From positions 1-59,817 of the IMG/VR virus record IMGVR_UViG_3300012663_000543: a stretch of 59,817 bases of DNA; one strand, 5' to 3'. A program made the position numbers and the translations under genes. The notes beneath the pieces are model-generated. The model ran no database searches. It was not told where the DNA came from and was given only the letters and a program-made list of their open reading frames with translations. How positions within the stretch are numbered: the stretch's first letter is position 1; every line of letters begins with the position of its first letter. Below are positions 39,444 through 48,984 of this stretch, piece after piece. Source of the DNA: a virus. Lineage: Duplodnaviria > Caudoviricetes.

Positions 39444-40959
39444 TGTTCTTCTCCGATCTCATATCAACTTGCGCTTCCTTAAACGCCGGAACCCACCAGA
39501 CCCTTATGGTTGTGGATGTCCCATCTTCTTTGCGAATGGCCTGATGTCCGTCGCATCTTTCGCCAGCGTTGCTGTCCTTCAAGAAGCCTTGGATCATCAC
39601 ACGTGTGGCAATCGTAAAGCCTCGGAACTTCATGAACTCCATCAACCCAGCAAAGGTGAACTTGGTCAGGCCTCGGTCGGTCCAAGGTTTGCCCATGACC
39701 AGTTCTTCTGGGACCATGGCCTTGATGTTGCTGGTACAGTATTCCCGTATCAGCTCGTCAAACTGTCCACGTATGGTCAGTTCCGGCGGGGCTTCCACTA
39801 GGATAGCCGTCTGCAGCAGCCCGTTCACAATGCGGTTCCAATCAGGGCCCTTTACTGTGGGCGGCATCCGGTTGACCTGCTCGATGCAAGCCTTCTGGAA
39901 GGCTGGTTGGCTAGCCATCTGCTCTGCCGTCAACTCCAAGCGACAGCCCTCATAGTCCAAGAAGAACATCTTTGGCGACGAGTTGAGAACTGTCATGCCC
40001 GTCAGCTTCGGGAACTCCGTGAGCCCGCCGCCGCCAATCCCATACTTGCGGGATCGACAGATGTCCTTGTTGCAGAAGTTGCAGAGAGGCTGGGCGCTGC
40101 ACTGGAACCCGTACTGCTTCTTCTCGTGCTGTTTCTTGAGCGTGACAATTTCTTCGGCAGAGAGGGGTGTCGAGCAGTACTTGACGTTGCTCTCCTCAAG
40201 TAGCTTAGGCCATCCCTCCGGCGATTCCTTGCGGTGTGCGACCACCATGTTGAACAGGGTGATGTTCCTGAAATCGTTAACCACACCCTGCTCGATGATC
40301 TTCTCTAGGCAAGGCGGGTAATCCGCTAGGTCTGTCCTGCCGCCCGCATACTCGGCTTTCTCAAGGGTCGATAGGGGGACGGTCTTGGCATCGACTCGAT
40401 CAAGGAACTCCTCAAGCGACAGGGCTTCTCCGTTATCGTCGATGGCATAACGAACGGTCTGATCCGCGTTGAAGTACGGCATGTTAATGAAGTTACCAAC
40501 ATCCCCTCGATCTGTTAAAATTTTGTCCTGTTTTGGAAATATCTCCCTGCCCGCATAGCCCAACAGGGCTGCGGCTTCGGTCAGATACTCGCGGACAAGG
40601 GACGCCTCGTACCACTGGGTCAAGAACAGGTAGAGGTGAGCGCCGCCGGACTTTGACCGACAGTGCACCAGAGGGAGATCGTACTTCAGTATCTTTGCCG
40701 CCAGTGCTTTGTGGTCCAAGTCGTAATCGTCAACGTCGATGACGCCGAAGCGGCACTCGTTCTTTGAGTTGATTGGGATAGCGCCGATCCCCTGCGCTCC
40801 AGACAAGTGCCCAGAAACGTGGTCCTCGGTCATTACCTCGCGGATAACGAAGCTGTTTGCTTCGGCCTTTCCATTCCGAGCCTTGCGTCCGACCGTTGTG
40901 CGACCATGCGCAAGGTCAGAGCCTTCGAAGGCCCGCATAAATCGTAGTGCTGTTGACAT
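39421..40959 (-). CDS. AEP-type primase(-polymerase) with PriCT-like and Zn-binding regions
   Basis: GVIDVD, RSKSGGAHLY, FPKQ, INMPY; C-x4-LC-x2-C-x4-C. Confidence 0.8.
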   Translation of the reverse strand: MSTALRFMRAFEGSDLAHGRTTVGRKARNGKAEANSFVIREVMTEDHVSGHLSGAQGIGAIPINSKNECRFGVIDVDDYDLDHKALAAKILKYDLPLVHCRSKSGGAHLYLFLTQWYEASLVREYLTEAAALLGYAGREIFPKQDKILTDRGDVGNFINMPYFNADQTVRYAIDDNGEALSLEEFLDRVDAKTVPLSTLEKAEYAGGRTDLADYPPCLEKIIEQGVVNDFRNITLFNMVVAHRKESPEGWPKLLEESNVKYCSTPLSAEEIVTLKKQHEKKQYGFQCSAQPLCNFCNKDICRSRKYGIGGGGLTEFPKLTGMTVLNSSPKMFFLDYEGCRLELTAEQMASQPAFQKACIEQVNRMPPTVKGPDWNRIVNGLLQTAILVEAPPELTIRGQFDELIREYCTSNIKAMVPEELVMGKPWTDRGLTKFTFAGLMEFMKFRGFTIATRVMIQGFLKDSNAGERCDGHQAIRKEDGTSTTIRVWWVPAFKEAQVDMRSEKNNARDIPF

Positions 40960-41005
40960 TATCTACTCCGTGAAGGGGGTTGAGGGGGCCGGAGCCCCCT
41001 CGGTC

Positions 41006-41797
41006 TCAGAACGGAATGTCGTCCCCATCACGTGCGCTGGAGCCGTTGCTTGCGGTCTCGGCCTGAGCCTTGACCTCACCCTTCATAATGCTTTCGCGGA
41101 AGGACTTTGCTTCGAGCAACAGGTTGCGGTTCTCCACAAGGCCTACACGATCAACCGCCCAGTTGTAGAAGTCGCCCTTGTCGTTTGTTTCTTCTGACGT
41201 GGTCAGCTTCCACATGGTGGCATAGACGGGCGGCACGATGATCTCACCCGTCTTAGGGTTCTTCACCTTCTGCATGGCGATGTTCGTCTTCCACCGACGG
41301 CTGACCTTAAGCTGGGTGGACTTCATGTCGATAACGACAGGCTGGGTCATGCCCTCTTCGTCGACGATCAGGCAGAAGTGTTGGTCAGCCTTGACCAGTT
41401 CATTGCCGCTGGGCAGGATTTCCTTGCTGCCGTTGCGCGATGTGCGCTGCAGGACAGGATCACTGGCAGAGATTTCGCCACGGAAGCCGCCGCCGCTTTC
41501 GCGAGGAACGAACTCCAGATACTTGGTGGTCTGGAAGCACGGGATAACGACCAGACCCTTCTCTCCCGACCACATCTGGTTGGTCAGGTTGTTGTAGGCA
41601 TCCCCGTTGGACAAGCCCTCGATGTATTCGGGCTTCTTCTTGTTCAGTTGCGGCGACAAGGATTGTGCCACCCGAACAAACGGGATTTGCATCTCGGACG
41701 ATTCGAACGATGCGCCGTCTCCAGCGTTGTCGAAGATATCGTCCATGACGTCAGTGGACAGCGCGGTTTCTTTGGCTTTGGTGACTGCGTTAGACAT
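41006..41797 (-). CDS. Putative ssDNA-binding protein
   Basis: IPFVRVAQSLSPQ, MKSTQLKVSRRW; acidic DDIPF tail. Confidence 0.7.
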   Translation of the reverse strand: MSNAVTKAKETALSTDVMDDIFDNAGDGASFESSEMQIPFVRVAQSLSPQLNKKKPEYIEGLSNGDAYNNLTNQMWSGEKGLVVIPCFQTTKYLEFVPRESGGGFRGEISASDPVLQRTSRNGSKEILPSGNELVKADQHFCLIVDEEGMTQPVVIDMKSTQLKVSRRWKTNIAMQKVKNPKTGEIIVPPVYATMWKLTTSEETNDKGDFYNWAVDRVGLVENRNLLLEAKSFRESIMKGEVKAQAETASNGSSARDGDDIPF

Positions 41798-41799
41798 GA

Positions 41800-42357
41800 T
41801 TATTTCCTCCGAATTTCAGCAGCATTTACGATGAAGGCTCCGAACATATCGAGATCGATGGGCTTTGATTCCTCGACTCGTTCTTTGACGAAAGCTTTCA
41901 GCGTCATGGGGTGGATATGTGTCTTGATCTCAGGATCGAAGCCCTGCTCTTGCAGGATCCCGACAGCGTTCTTTGCTTGATTGTCTTGCCCCTTGCCGAA
42001 GCTGACAGTCACGTCGTTCTTGATGATGTCATCAAGGCCGTTCTCGCGCAGCCAACCAAAGGCCGCTTCCTTGTTCTTCTCAGAGATCGATGCGGACACG
42101 ATCATCTTGCGGGTCACGACCACCCCGTCAACATCGACACGGCTCATGCCCATCTCGTCCATCAGTAGGGGGATACGTTCCATGGTCAGCTTCTGACGCT
42201 GGTCTTTCAGAGTCTTCAGCGTACCCTCAAGATCCTCGATGCTGCGGTCAACGTCCCGCAGTTCTCGGACCAAGGTGCTCAGGTTCTTAGCCTCTGAGGT
42301 ATCGACGCTGGATAGCGCGTCCGCCTCGTCAAACAGGTCATCAAAGATATCCGGCAT
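41800..42357 (-). CDS. Conserved phage replication-module protein
   Basis: Coiled coil; AFGWLRENGLDDIIKNDV; IHPMTLKAFVKE. Confidence 0.75.
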   Translation of the reverse strand: MPDIFDDLFDEADALSSVDTSEAKNLSTLVRELRDVDRSIEDLEGTLKTLKDQRQKLTMERIPLLMDEMGMSRVDVDGVVVTRKMIVSASISEKNKEAAFGWLRENGLDDIIKNDVTVSFGKGQDNQAKNAVGILQEQGFDPEIKTHIHPMTLKAFVKERVEESKPIDLDMFGAFIVNAAEIRRK

Positions 42358-42433
42358 AAGTACATCCTCTTCAGGTTTGTGGTTGCACAACAAGTTCTCT
42401 TGCTGTAGGAGTGGGACTATCGGAGGATATGCT

Positions 42434-43906
42434 ATGACTGTCAAGCTAAAATTTAAGACTGAGCCGTATAAACATCAAGTCACGGCACTTGAGCGTTCTT
42501 TGGAGAGACGAGCCTATGGCTTCTTCATGGAGATGGGAACAGGAAAATCCAAGGTTCTGATCGACACGATCTCCAACCTATATCTGGCAGGGGAGATAGA
42601 CTTCGCCCTGATCATCGCCCCCAAGGGCGTGTACCAAAACTGGGTGAACAAGGAAATTCCAGACCACTTGCCCGAAGACGTGCCGCACCGAATCATCAAG
42701 TGGGTGACGTCAGCAAACAAGGAGCAAGAGGCGGAGATCAAGTCTGTCGGGAAGACTTTCGAGGGGCTGACAGTTTTTGTCATGAACGTCGAAACTTTTT
42801 CCTCTCTCAAGGGACAGAAGGCGGGGGAGTGGCTTGCCAAGAAGTTTGGTGGGCATGGTCTGATTGGTATCGACGAATCAACCACCATCAAGAACCACAA
42901 GGCCAAGAGAACGAAGACGCTGCTCAAGCTATCCGCCCTCTTCAAGTACCGCCGCCTTCTGACAGGGTCGCCTGTGACCAAGTCGCCCATGGATATCTAT
43001 GCTCAGTGCGAGTTCCTCGCACCTCGGCTCTTGGGCTTCGATAGCTACTACGCCTTCCAAGGGCGCTACGCCGTCATCCAGAAGCGCAAGATGGGGGCTC
43101 ACAGCTTCGATCAGATCGTGGGCTACCGCAACCTAGACGAGTTGGGCGCGAGGATCGATACGTTTGCCTATCGCGTCCTGAAAAAGGAATGCCTCGACCT
43201 TCCAGAGAAAACGTACACCACCCGCTATGTGTCGATGACCGACGAGCAAGCCACCATGTACGAGAATATCCGCCGTGACGCCTTCACGCTGGTCGATGGA
43301 ACCGAACTTGTCTCAACCCCTGTCGTGATCACGCAACTCTTGCGTTTGCAGCAGGTTCTGTCGGGGCATCTCAAGACAGACGATGGCGAGATAATTACCT
43401 TTAAATCCAATAGGATGGACGCTCTTCTTGAGATACTCGAAGAGCATTCAGGCAAGGCCATCATCTGGTCTAGGTTCAGGCACGACATCGAGACGATCAC
43501 GAGCACCTTGAAGCATACCTTCGGAGAGGACTGCGCTGCCTCGTACTACGGGGACACCAGCGACGATGAGCGCGGGGCCGTCGTCAAGAACTTCCAACTT
43601 CCAGACCATCCGCTTCGCTTCTTCGTGGGCAACCCCGCCACGGCGGGCTATGGCTTGACTCTGACAGAGGCAAACCTTGTGGTCTACTATGCCAATAGCT
43701 TCGACCTCGAACATCGTATTCAATCTGAAGACAGGGCCCACCGCTTGGGGCAGAAGAACCCCGTGCTGTATGTCGATCTGATCACAGAGAAGACAGTCGA
43801 TGAGCGGATCGTATCGGCCCTGACCAACAAGATTCAAATTGGCGCGGCGGTGCTGCGCGAGGAGGCTCGTAAATGGCTGCAACTCAAGCCGAACTCGACA
43901 CGATAA
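42434..43906 (+). CDS. SNF2-family helicase
   Basis: MEMGTGKS, DES, LTGSP, GYGLTL, QSEDRAHRLGQ; SD GGAGG. Confidence 0.92.
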   Translation: MTVKLKFKTEPYKHQVTALERSLERRAYGFFMEMGTGKSKVLIDTISNLYLAGEIDFALIIAPKGVYQNWVNKEIPDHLPEDVPHRIIKWVTSANKEQEAEIKSVGKTFEGLTVFVMNVETFSSLKGQKAGEWLAKKFGGHGLIGIDESTTIKNHKAKRTKTLLKLSALFKYRRLLTGSPVTKSPMDIYAQCEFLAPRLLGFDSYYAFQGRYAVIQKRKMGAHSFDQIVGYRNLDELGARIDTFAYRVLKKECLDLPEKTYTTRYVSMTDEQATMYENIRRDAFTLVDGTELVSTPVVITQLLRLQQVLSGHLKTDDGEIITFKSNRMDALLEILEEHSGKAIIWSRFRHDIETITSTLKHTFGEDCAASYYGDTSDDERGAVVKNFQLPDHPLRFFVGNPATAGYGLTLTEANLVVYYANSFDLEHRIQSEDRAHRLGQKNPVLYVDLITEKTVDERIVSALTNKIQIGAAVLREEARKWLQLKPNSTR

Positions 43907-44160
43907 CGACCGAAGACTTCATGTGCCACTGGCAGTTCATCAAGGCGGTGATCGAGTACCGCTTTGGCGATCTCCCTAGGGATAAGGCGCTGGAACGTAT
44001 GTCCTACTTCAGCGGGCTCGACACGTTCTTCTGCGAAATCATGCTGAAGGAGATGGCGAAGGAGAAGCTTCCTACGCTTTTGATTTCTTTCCCGAAATTG
44101 GGGCGGCTTTTTGGTCCGTGGGAAGATACGACAGACCAAGCTGATCAAACTTCTCCCTGA
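43873..44160 (+). CDS. Hypothetical protein
   Basis: SD GGAGG upstream; overlaps helicase end. Confidence 0.55.
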   Translation: MAATQAELDTITTEDFMCHWQFIKAVIEYRFGDLPRDKALERMSYFSGLDTFFCEIMLKEMAKEKLPTLLISFPKLGRLFGPWEDTTDQADQTSP

Positions 44161-44275
44161 TCATGACGGCAAGCTGCCGCGCCATGGAGCGATCTTCATG
44201 CTCGGCAATCTTTGCCAGCTTCCAGTGGTCGCCTTCAGGGACGGCCACGTTTTTGAAGGGGTGGTCCTTTTGCAT
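44072..44275 (-). CDS. Ribbon-helix-helix DNA-binding protein
   Basis: FKNVAV...KLAKIAEHEDRSMARQLAVMI. Confidence 0.7.
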   Translation of the reverse strand: MQKDHPFKNVAVPEGDHWKLAKIAEHEDRSMARQLAVMIREKFDQLGLSYLPTDQKAAPISGKKSKA

Positions 44276-44306
44276 TGTGCATGATCTCCAACAAACTTGC
44301 TTGTGG

Positions 44307-44335
44307 TTTATATACACAATGTTTTTTGTAAACAA
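44307..44335 (-). promoter_or_regulatory. sigma70-like promoter
   Basis: TTGTTT-N17-TATAAA upstream of RHH gene. Confidence 0.55.
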
Positions 44336-44355
44336 GGGCGGTTGCAGGGCCTATG

Positions 44356-44772
44356 TCAGTCTTCTACAGGGCGGCTGTTGAATTCGTCAAGCGTATCTGC
44401 AGCCTTGCGCATTAGGTCGGGGTTGTCCTTAAACGCGCCTAGTCCCCTATTGCAGTGTGTGCACAGAATAAATCGGGCTGTCTTGGTTTTGTGGCAGTGG
44501 TCAAGCTGCCAGCCCTTCTTATGGTGTGGGCTATCGGACCCGCATATGGCGCAGACGCGCCCTTGACTATCAAACATCTTTTCCCATTGCTTCTTGGTGA
44601 AACCTAGCCCCTTGGCGCGTTTCTTGAAATTGGTTTCCTCGCGCCAAGCAGGGTCTTCCGCAGCCTTCTTGCGTTTGGCTTCCCTGCCACGCGCCAAAAT
44701 AAGTTCGCGGTTCTTCATGGCGTACTTTAAGGACGCCGCCCGCCATATGGCTCTCTGCTTTTCGTCAGCCAT
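44356..44772 (-). CDS. HNH endonuclease (endonuclease VII family)
   Basis: CAICG...LDHCH...ILCTHCNRGLG. Confidence 0.88.
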   Translation of the reverse strand: MADEKQRAIWRAASLKYAMKNRELILARGREAKRKKAAEDPAWREETNFKKRAKGLGFTKKQWEKMFDSQGRVCAICGSDSPHHKKGWQLDHCHKTKTARFILCTHCNRGLGAFKDNPDLMRKAADTLDEFNSRPVED

Positions 44773-44788
44773 CGATGTTCGGGGAGAT

Positions 44789-44885
44789 TGGTGAGGGGCG
44801 ATTGGGGAAATAGGCCGTAGCGCAGTCTGATTTCGACCAAAACAAAAACACCCGTTGCCGTTTGTTAGATTGTTTCACGCCCCTC
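44789..44885 (-). ncRNA. Candidate small RNA with tRNA-like acceptor stem and ACCA end
   Basis: 5' GAGGGGCG pairs with CGCCCCTC-ACCA 3'; TTGAAC-N17-TAAAAG directly upstream. Confidence 0.35.
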
Positions 44886-44955
44886 ACAGCCCTTTTATCA
44901 ACGGGCTATGCTTGGTTCAAGGCCCTATGTCCTTAATAATACCATAAAAATCCGG

Positions 44956-45267
44956 CTAAGTCGTGCACTTATTCTTCTCCTTGTATGCCGCCAGTGCATC
45001 CGCGACCCTCTGTCGGGTGTAGTCCGTGCCGTGGTTAAGCACCTTCCATAGATAGGTCCGTCCAAGGCCAAGTTCCTTGCTTGCTGCCGCAATAGACCGA
45101 AAGGTCACCCCATCTAAAGTGATGGGCTTCTTGAAGTTCTTTCCCGTGCCAATGGCATCTGTGTCTCCACGCTGTAGCGCGGAGTAGACAGCCGCTATGG
45201 TCACGTTGTGCGCTTCCGCTGCAGCCTTGACTGTGGGGTATACTACCCCACGTATCCTAATCAGCAT
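44956..45267 (-). CDS. NUMOD1/HTH-like DNA-binding protein
   Basis: Two repeats: IRGVVYPTVKAAA and LDGVTFRSIAAASKELG. Confidence 0.7.
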   Translation of the reverse strand: MLIRIRGVVYPTVKAAAEAHNVTIAAVYSALQRGDTDAIGTGKNFKKPITLDGVTFRSIAAASKELGLGRTYLWKVLNHGTDYTRQRVADALAAYKEKNKCTT

Positions 45268-45449
45268 TTTTTCTCCGCATCTTCCAGTAACTCGGGGTCG
45301 TTGATGTGGTAAATCAGTTCCTCTGCGTCCACGCCTGTTGACAGCAAATAGCGAATGATGTCGCGGATGGTGTGGTCTTCGGTGAAGGTGATGACAGGGT
45401 TGCCATCTGTGTCTTCTGTTTCGATTGGTTTACGTCGGACCTCGGTCAT
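45261..45449 (-). CDS. Hypothetical protein
   Basis: Coupled small acidic ORF. Confidence 0.55.
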   Translation of the reverse strand: MTEVRRKPIETEDTDGNPVITFTEDHTIRDIIRYLLSTGVDAEELIYHINDPELLEDAEKKC

Positions 45450-45730
45450 TGGCCCTCCAGTTCAATTAGCACGGCGCGGGCGCGATTGCCGAAAGGGTCT
45501 TTATAGATGGAAGCGTAAAACCGCAGCGCTTCCACCGCCTTGGCGAGACGGGCTTCTGCGACCACAGCCCTGTCCAGCACATCTGCGGCCTGACCGCTCG
45601 TGGCAAGCAGTTGCAGCGTCAGTTCCTTGTTGAGTTCCAGTAATTCTTCGATGCGGTCGGCGGCTAACGGATCACCATAGAAACTATCAGACCTGTGGAG
45701 TTCGATACGGAACTTATCATCCTCAGTCAT
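45446..45730 (-). CDS. Hypothetical protein
   Basis: Likely start MTEDDK; AADRIEEL...AVEALRFYA. Confidence 0.55.
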   Translation of the reverse strand: MTEDDKFRIELHRSDSFYGDPLAADRIEELLELNKELTLQLLATSGQAADVLDRAVVAEARLAKAVEALRFYASIYKDPFGNRARAVLIELEGQ

Positions 45731-45915
45731 TTCTTCACCCACTTCACTCCAAAGCACAGCGACTGCATCCACCGATGGAACCAGTTTGGTTCGAGGCCCT
45801 TTGCTGGCGTGAAGGTGACGCTCCCCCCTATGTTCGGCCCACCAAACAGATAGCAGGACCACTCTGATTTTTCGGGGTGGGATAGAATCCTAAGTACTTC
45901 TCTTGGGTCAGTCAT
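45727..45915 (-). CDS. Hypothetical protein
   Basis: PNWFHRWMQSLCFGVKW; ATGA coupling to next gene. Confidence 0.55.
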   Translation of the reverse strand: MTDPREVLRILSHPEKSEWSCYLFGGPNIGGSVTFTPAKGLEPNWFHRWMQSLCFGVKWVKK

Positions 45916-46189
45916 TTCTGCCCATCCTTGCCCCAATCTGTATTTCCAAATGCTTTATGCGGTTTTCGTGGGCCAGCATGATTTGGTGCATCCGCAGCCA
46001 GTTTTGGTGGCTATCGCCATGATCAAAACCCAGAAGGGTTTGGATACGCTTCTGCTCTTTGAACATCTCTTCCTGTTCCGGCGTCCGCTTGTCGGTGATG
46101 TAGACCTTCATTGGTTCCACCTCTTTCAGGTGTTCTGCAACCATGTCGGCGCGGGTTTGTTTCCGCTTGAACGTATTCAGCCACTTCAT
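45908..46189 (-). CDS. Hypothetical protein
   Basis: Likely start MKWLNTF, coupled to upstream stop. Confidence 0.5.
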   Translation of the reverse strand: MKWLNTFKRKQTRADMVAEHLKEVEPMKVYITDKRTPEQEEMFKEQKRIQTLLGFDHGDSHQNWLRMHQIMLAHENRIKHLEIQIGARMGRND

Positions 46190-46416
46190 TTTGTCTTCCC
46201 CTTCTTCTTTGCGATGTACTCGAACCGCCCGCCACCAAGCTTGCGCTGGTAGAGGATGCACTTTCCTGCTTCGTGTGCCGCAGCGGCTTCCTTTTTGTGC
46301 GGCCCGCCAGCGTATTGCCCAACGTGGTATACGACCTCGTCGCCAGCTTCGGCTTCAGCCATAGCCACGCTGAACAGCCCTTCGGGCCGCTTGCTTACGT
46401 CATGTCGGGTGCTCAT
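46186..46416 (-). CDS. Hypothetical protein
   Basis: GDEVVYHVG...LYQRK...FEYIA. Confidence 0.65.
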   Translation of the reverse strand: MSTRHDVSKRPEGLFSVAMAEAEAGDEVVYHVGQYAGGPHKKEAAAAHEAGKCILYQRKLGGGRFEYIAKKKGKTK

Positions 46417-47084
46417 GGCTCTGCTCCAGTATACGTCCCGTCCAAGTCCCCCATGAGCGCCAGACCTAGGATGCGGGCGGTCTTGGCGTAGTAGACTGCG
46501 GCGGCGCTGTTGCCGCCAGCGGACCAGACCTTGGCACAGGCAATGAAGCCTACGTCATGCAGACCATGGAGACTACGAACGATAGCCTCGTACCGCCAGC
46601 GCTCCTCGTCCGATGCCTTGGCGTGGGTATAGGTCTCGTCGAAGATTTCATAGTACAACTCAGACGCATTCCAGACCTCGCCGTCTTCGATGAAGGCCCA
46701 AATCTGATCCTCGATAGTCCTGCGGCTGTTCGTTGTGCTCGTGGTACTTGGCACTTGGTCCTTGGACCTTGGCCTTTCGATCTTGCCGTAGATGGCAACG
46801 GCCCGCCACGGAACCCTACTGGCGTGTTCCTCGAAGTTCTCGACGTAGCCTAACTCGAAGGTGTCCCCGATGCGGATGTCGTTCAGTTGGGCCAGCTTCG
46901 GCGCGATGGCGACCGACTGCGGCGCTTCGCCTACGTCCACCACCAGAAAGCCGAAGGCAACGCCAGACGCCGCGATGGACGCGATGTATGCCCTGCCTGT
47001 TCGGACTTTCTCTGGGTCGTAGTTCAAGTTTGTCAGCATTTTATTCTTCGTCCTTTTCCGTGACCTTAACGCTCGTCGGGGCAT
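46413..47084 (-). CDS. Hypothetical protein (OB-like N-half, possible wHTH C-half)
   Basis: Long ORF in early/middle cluster; start uncertain. Confidence 0.6.
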   Translation of the reverse strand: MPRRALRSRKRTKNKMLTNLNYDPEKVRTGRAYIASIAASGVAFGFLVVDVGEAPQSVAIAPKLAQLNDIRIGDTFELGYVENFEEHASRVPWRAVAIYGKIERPRSKDQVPSTTSTTNSRRTIEDQIWAFIEDGEVWNASELYYEIFDETYTHAKASDEERWRYEAIVRSLHGLHDVGFIACAKVWSAGGNSAAAVYYAKTARILGLALMGDLDGTYTGAEP

Positions 47085-47376
47085 CGATCAGAACAGAGGC
47101 GGCTGCAGCAACCATGAACTCAAGCGCCTTGGTGCGGTCGTTGAGCGCATGGTTTACCGACTCAGCGATGAAGGCCGTCAGCGCCCACAAGGCTAGGCTG
47201 GGGGCGATGTCGGCTTGTTTCCACGTCTCGAAGCAGCGATTCATGTCGTCTTCGACCTTTTGAAAAGCTTGCTCCCCCGCCATCTGCGTGTGCGTTACTT
47301 CCTTCACGGGCTCGTCCTTTCTGAGGTATAGGCCGAAGTCACCATAGACTTCTGGGGTGAGTGTTGCATCAGTCAT
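47041..47376 (-). CDS. Hypothetical protein
   Basis: Likely start MTDATL after GAGG. Confidence 0.5.
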   Translation of the reverse strand: MTDATLTPEVYGDFGLYLRKDEPVKEVTHTQMAGEQAFQKVEDDMNRCFETWKQADIAPSLALWALTAFIAESVNHALNDRTKALEFMVAAAASVLIDAPTSVKVTEKDEE

Positions 47377-47554
47377 TTGTGTCATCCTCTTCGTCGTATT
47401 CGTCATCCTCGATCTCGCCAGACCCATGGCAGTTGTCGCACTCCGCCATGTAGCCTTCGATGTCGCCGTAGGGGTTCGAGGCAGAGGCGCGGCAATACCG
47501 CTCGAATTCCCTTTGACCTTGGCCCTCGCACTCTGGGCATGGTTTGATGGTCAT
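47369..47554 (-). CDS. DnaJ-type zinc-finger mini-protein
   Basis: CPECEGQG...CDNCHGSG; acidic tail. Confidence 0.75.
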   Translation of the reverse strand: MTIKPCPECEGQGQREFERYCRASASNPYGDIEGYMAECDNCHGSGEIEDDEYDEEDDTND

Positions 47555-47787
47555 GCTTCCGCTCCTCTCGATTGCTGATACAGCGCGTCTGTCAGGGTTT
47601 GATGCAGCTTGGCGCGGGCAAGGAAGCCCTCTAGCTGGTCGACGTCCTTAAGATCGATTTCGGCAAACTGGTCCATCTCGATGCTGGCCTCGATGATGCG
47701 GAGCATATCGTGCGCCTGATCCTTGCTGATTATGATCATTTCAGGTTTCCTTATTCTGAAAGGTTGGTGTGGTGACAGGCGATCCAT
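47551..47787 (-). CDS. Hypothetical protein
   Basis: Small ORF in cluster; start uncertain. Confidence 0.5.
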   Translation of the reverse strand: MDRLSPHQPFRIRKPEMIIISKDQAHDMLRIIEASIEMDQFAEIDLKDVDQLEGFLARAKLHQTLTDALYQQSRGAEA

Positions 47788-48026
47788 TCGCCGTCAACTT
47801 TTGCGGCAAGGCAGATCACTCCGCCCAACGCTGATGATGCGGCTTGCGCCGCCTTAAACAGTTCGTAAGCCTTGGCTTCCCCGTCTTCGTGCGACCAAGG
47901 AAGTTTGCAGACCATCGCACCTTGGTCCAAGGGGTCGCCGTAGTGGGTGTTGGGGTTGTTATCGACGGAGAAGACGCCCAGTTCATATACGTAGCGGGCA
48001 AAGGTGAGTTTGAGGCTGGTGGTCAT
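47751..48026 (-). CDS. Hypothetical protein
   Basis: Likely start MTTSLK. Confidence 0.5.
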   Translation of the reverse strand: MTTSLKLTFARYVYELGVFSVDNNPNTHYGDPLDQGAMVCKLPWSHEDGEAKAYELFKAAQAASSALGGVICLAAKVDGEWIACHHTNLSE

Positions 48027-48028
48027 GA

Positions 48029-48310
48029 TCAAACCCCATACTTGAGGTTTGCTTCGTCGACGGCGATCCACCTGTCGTTGATCAGCACCGCCAACCCAAT
48101 GCTTTTCTCGTCGTGCCCCAAGATGCGGGCGCAAGCTTTCACGGCATTGAGTTGGTCTATAGCGTTGGTGTAGCCGTCACCAGTGGTCCAATCCAAAATG
48201 GCACAGACTGTGCCGGATGGGATTTCGTCGTTGTAGCCAATCTCTGGATTGAGTGTGACAGAGTAGATGGCAAGCCTATCGACATAGGCAGGGTATAAGA
48301 GGTTAGCCAT
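48029..48310 (-). CDS. Hypothetical protein
   Basis: SD AGGA; coupled ORF. Confidence 0.55.
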   Translation of the reverse strand: MANLLYPAYVDRLAIYSVTLNPEIGYNDEIPSGTVCAILDWTTGDGYTNAIDQLNAVKACARILGHDEKSIGLAVLINDRWIAVDEANLKYGV

Positions 48311-48491
48311 TTGAGTTTTCCTTTGCGGGTTTCATGAGCATTTCCTTGCGCCAGCGGTAGACTGTGGACATCGCAAGGTTGTGCATTTTGGCGGCGGCGT
48401 AGATGCCGTGGTTTTCGGAGTCAGCCAGCACACGGCAGCGCGTGTCGTCAGGCAAGCCATAGGCAGGGTTGTAGACAAACTTGATGATCAT
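48303..48491 (-). CDS. Small HTH protein
   Basis: IYAAAKMHNLAMSTVYRWRK. Confidence 0.65.
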   Translation of the reverse strand: MIIKFVYNPAYGLPDDTRCRVLADSENHGIYAAAKMHNLAMSTVYRWRKEMLMKPAKENSNG

Positions 48492-48940
48492 GCCGCCACC
48501 TCTGGGGTCAGGGCTGCGGTAGAAAGCTTGCGGGCTTCGGCAAACTCGACAAGGCGGCGCGTGACGTCTTCGCGCCCATACTTTGCCTCACCCCAGCCGT
48601 CATGGATCACTTGAAGTTCGTCAAAGGTGTCGCGCAGATCGTCGGTCAGATCGTCGATCTTGATGCCCAAGGCATTCAAGCCACGCACGATAGCGATCTC
48701 AAGCGTGGCGCGTGTACCTACGGGGCGATAGCCAGTGTGGCTGCTTCTGATCGATAGGCCCTCGATCTTGGGGTTGTAGTCTTCGTCTTGGATCAACGCG
48801 CCAATGAAGCAGCGGTTGCCGTTGTCTGGGTCGCGGTAAAGGCATATGACCCCGTCTTCCGAAGCAGAAGCCTTCGGCATGGACAGGAAGTGCGTGGCAA
48901 CCCTGTCAAAGATGGGTTGCAGTATTTCTGGGGAAAGCAT
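48488..48940 (-). CDS. Conserved phage hypothetical protein
   Basis: CLYR...RCFIGALI...LQVIHD. Confidence 0.7.
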   Translation of the reverse strand: MLSPEILQPIFDRVATHFLSMPKASASEDGVICLYRDPDNGNRCFIGALIQDEDYNPKIEGLSIRSSHTGYRPVGTRATLEIAIVRGLNALGIKIDDLTDDLRDTFDELQVIHDGWGEAKYGREDVTRRLVEFAEARKLSTAALTPEVAA

Positions 48941-48984
48941 CTGGGTCTTCCTTTCAGATTGGTGTGGGGTTTGGTAACTTGTTC

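Noticed and set aside
44789-44885. Canonical tRNA gene
   Set aside because: Acceptor-like stem and CCA present, but no TTCRA T-loop, D arm or anticodon arm
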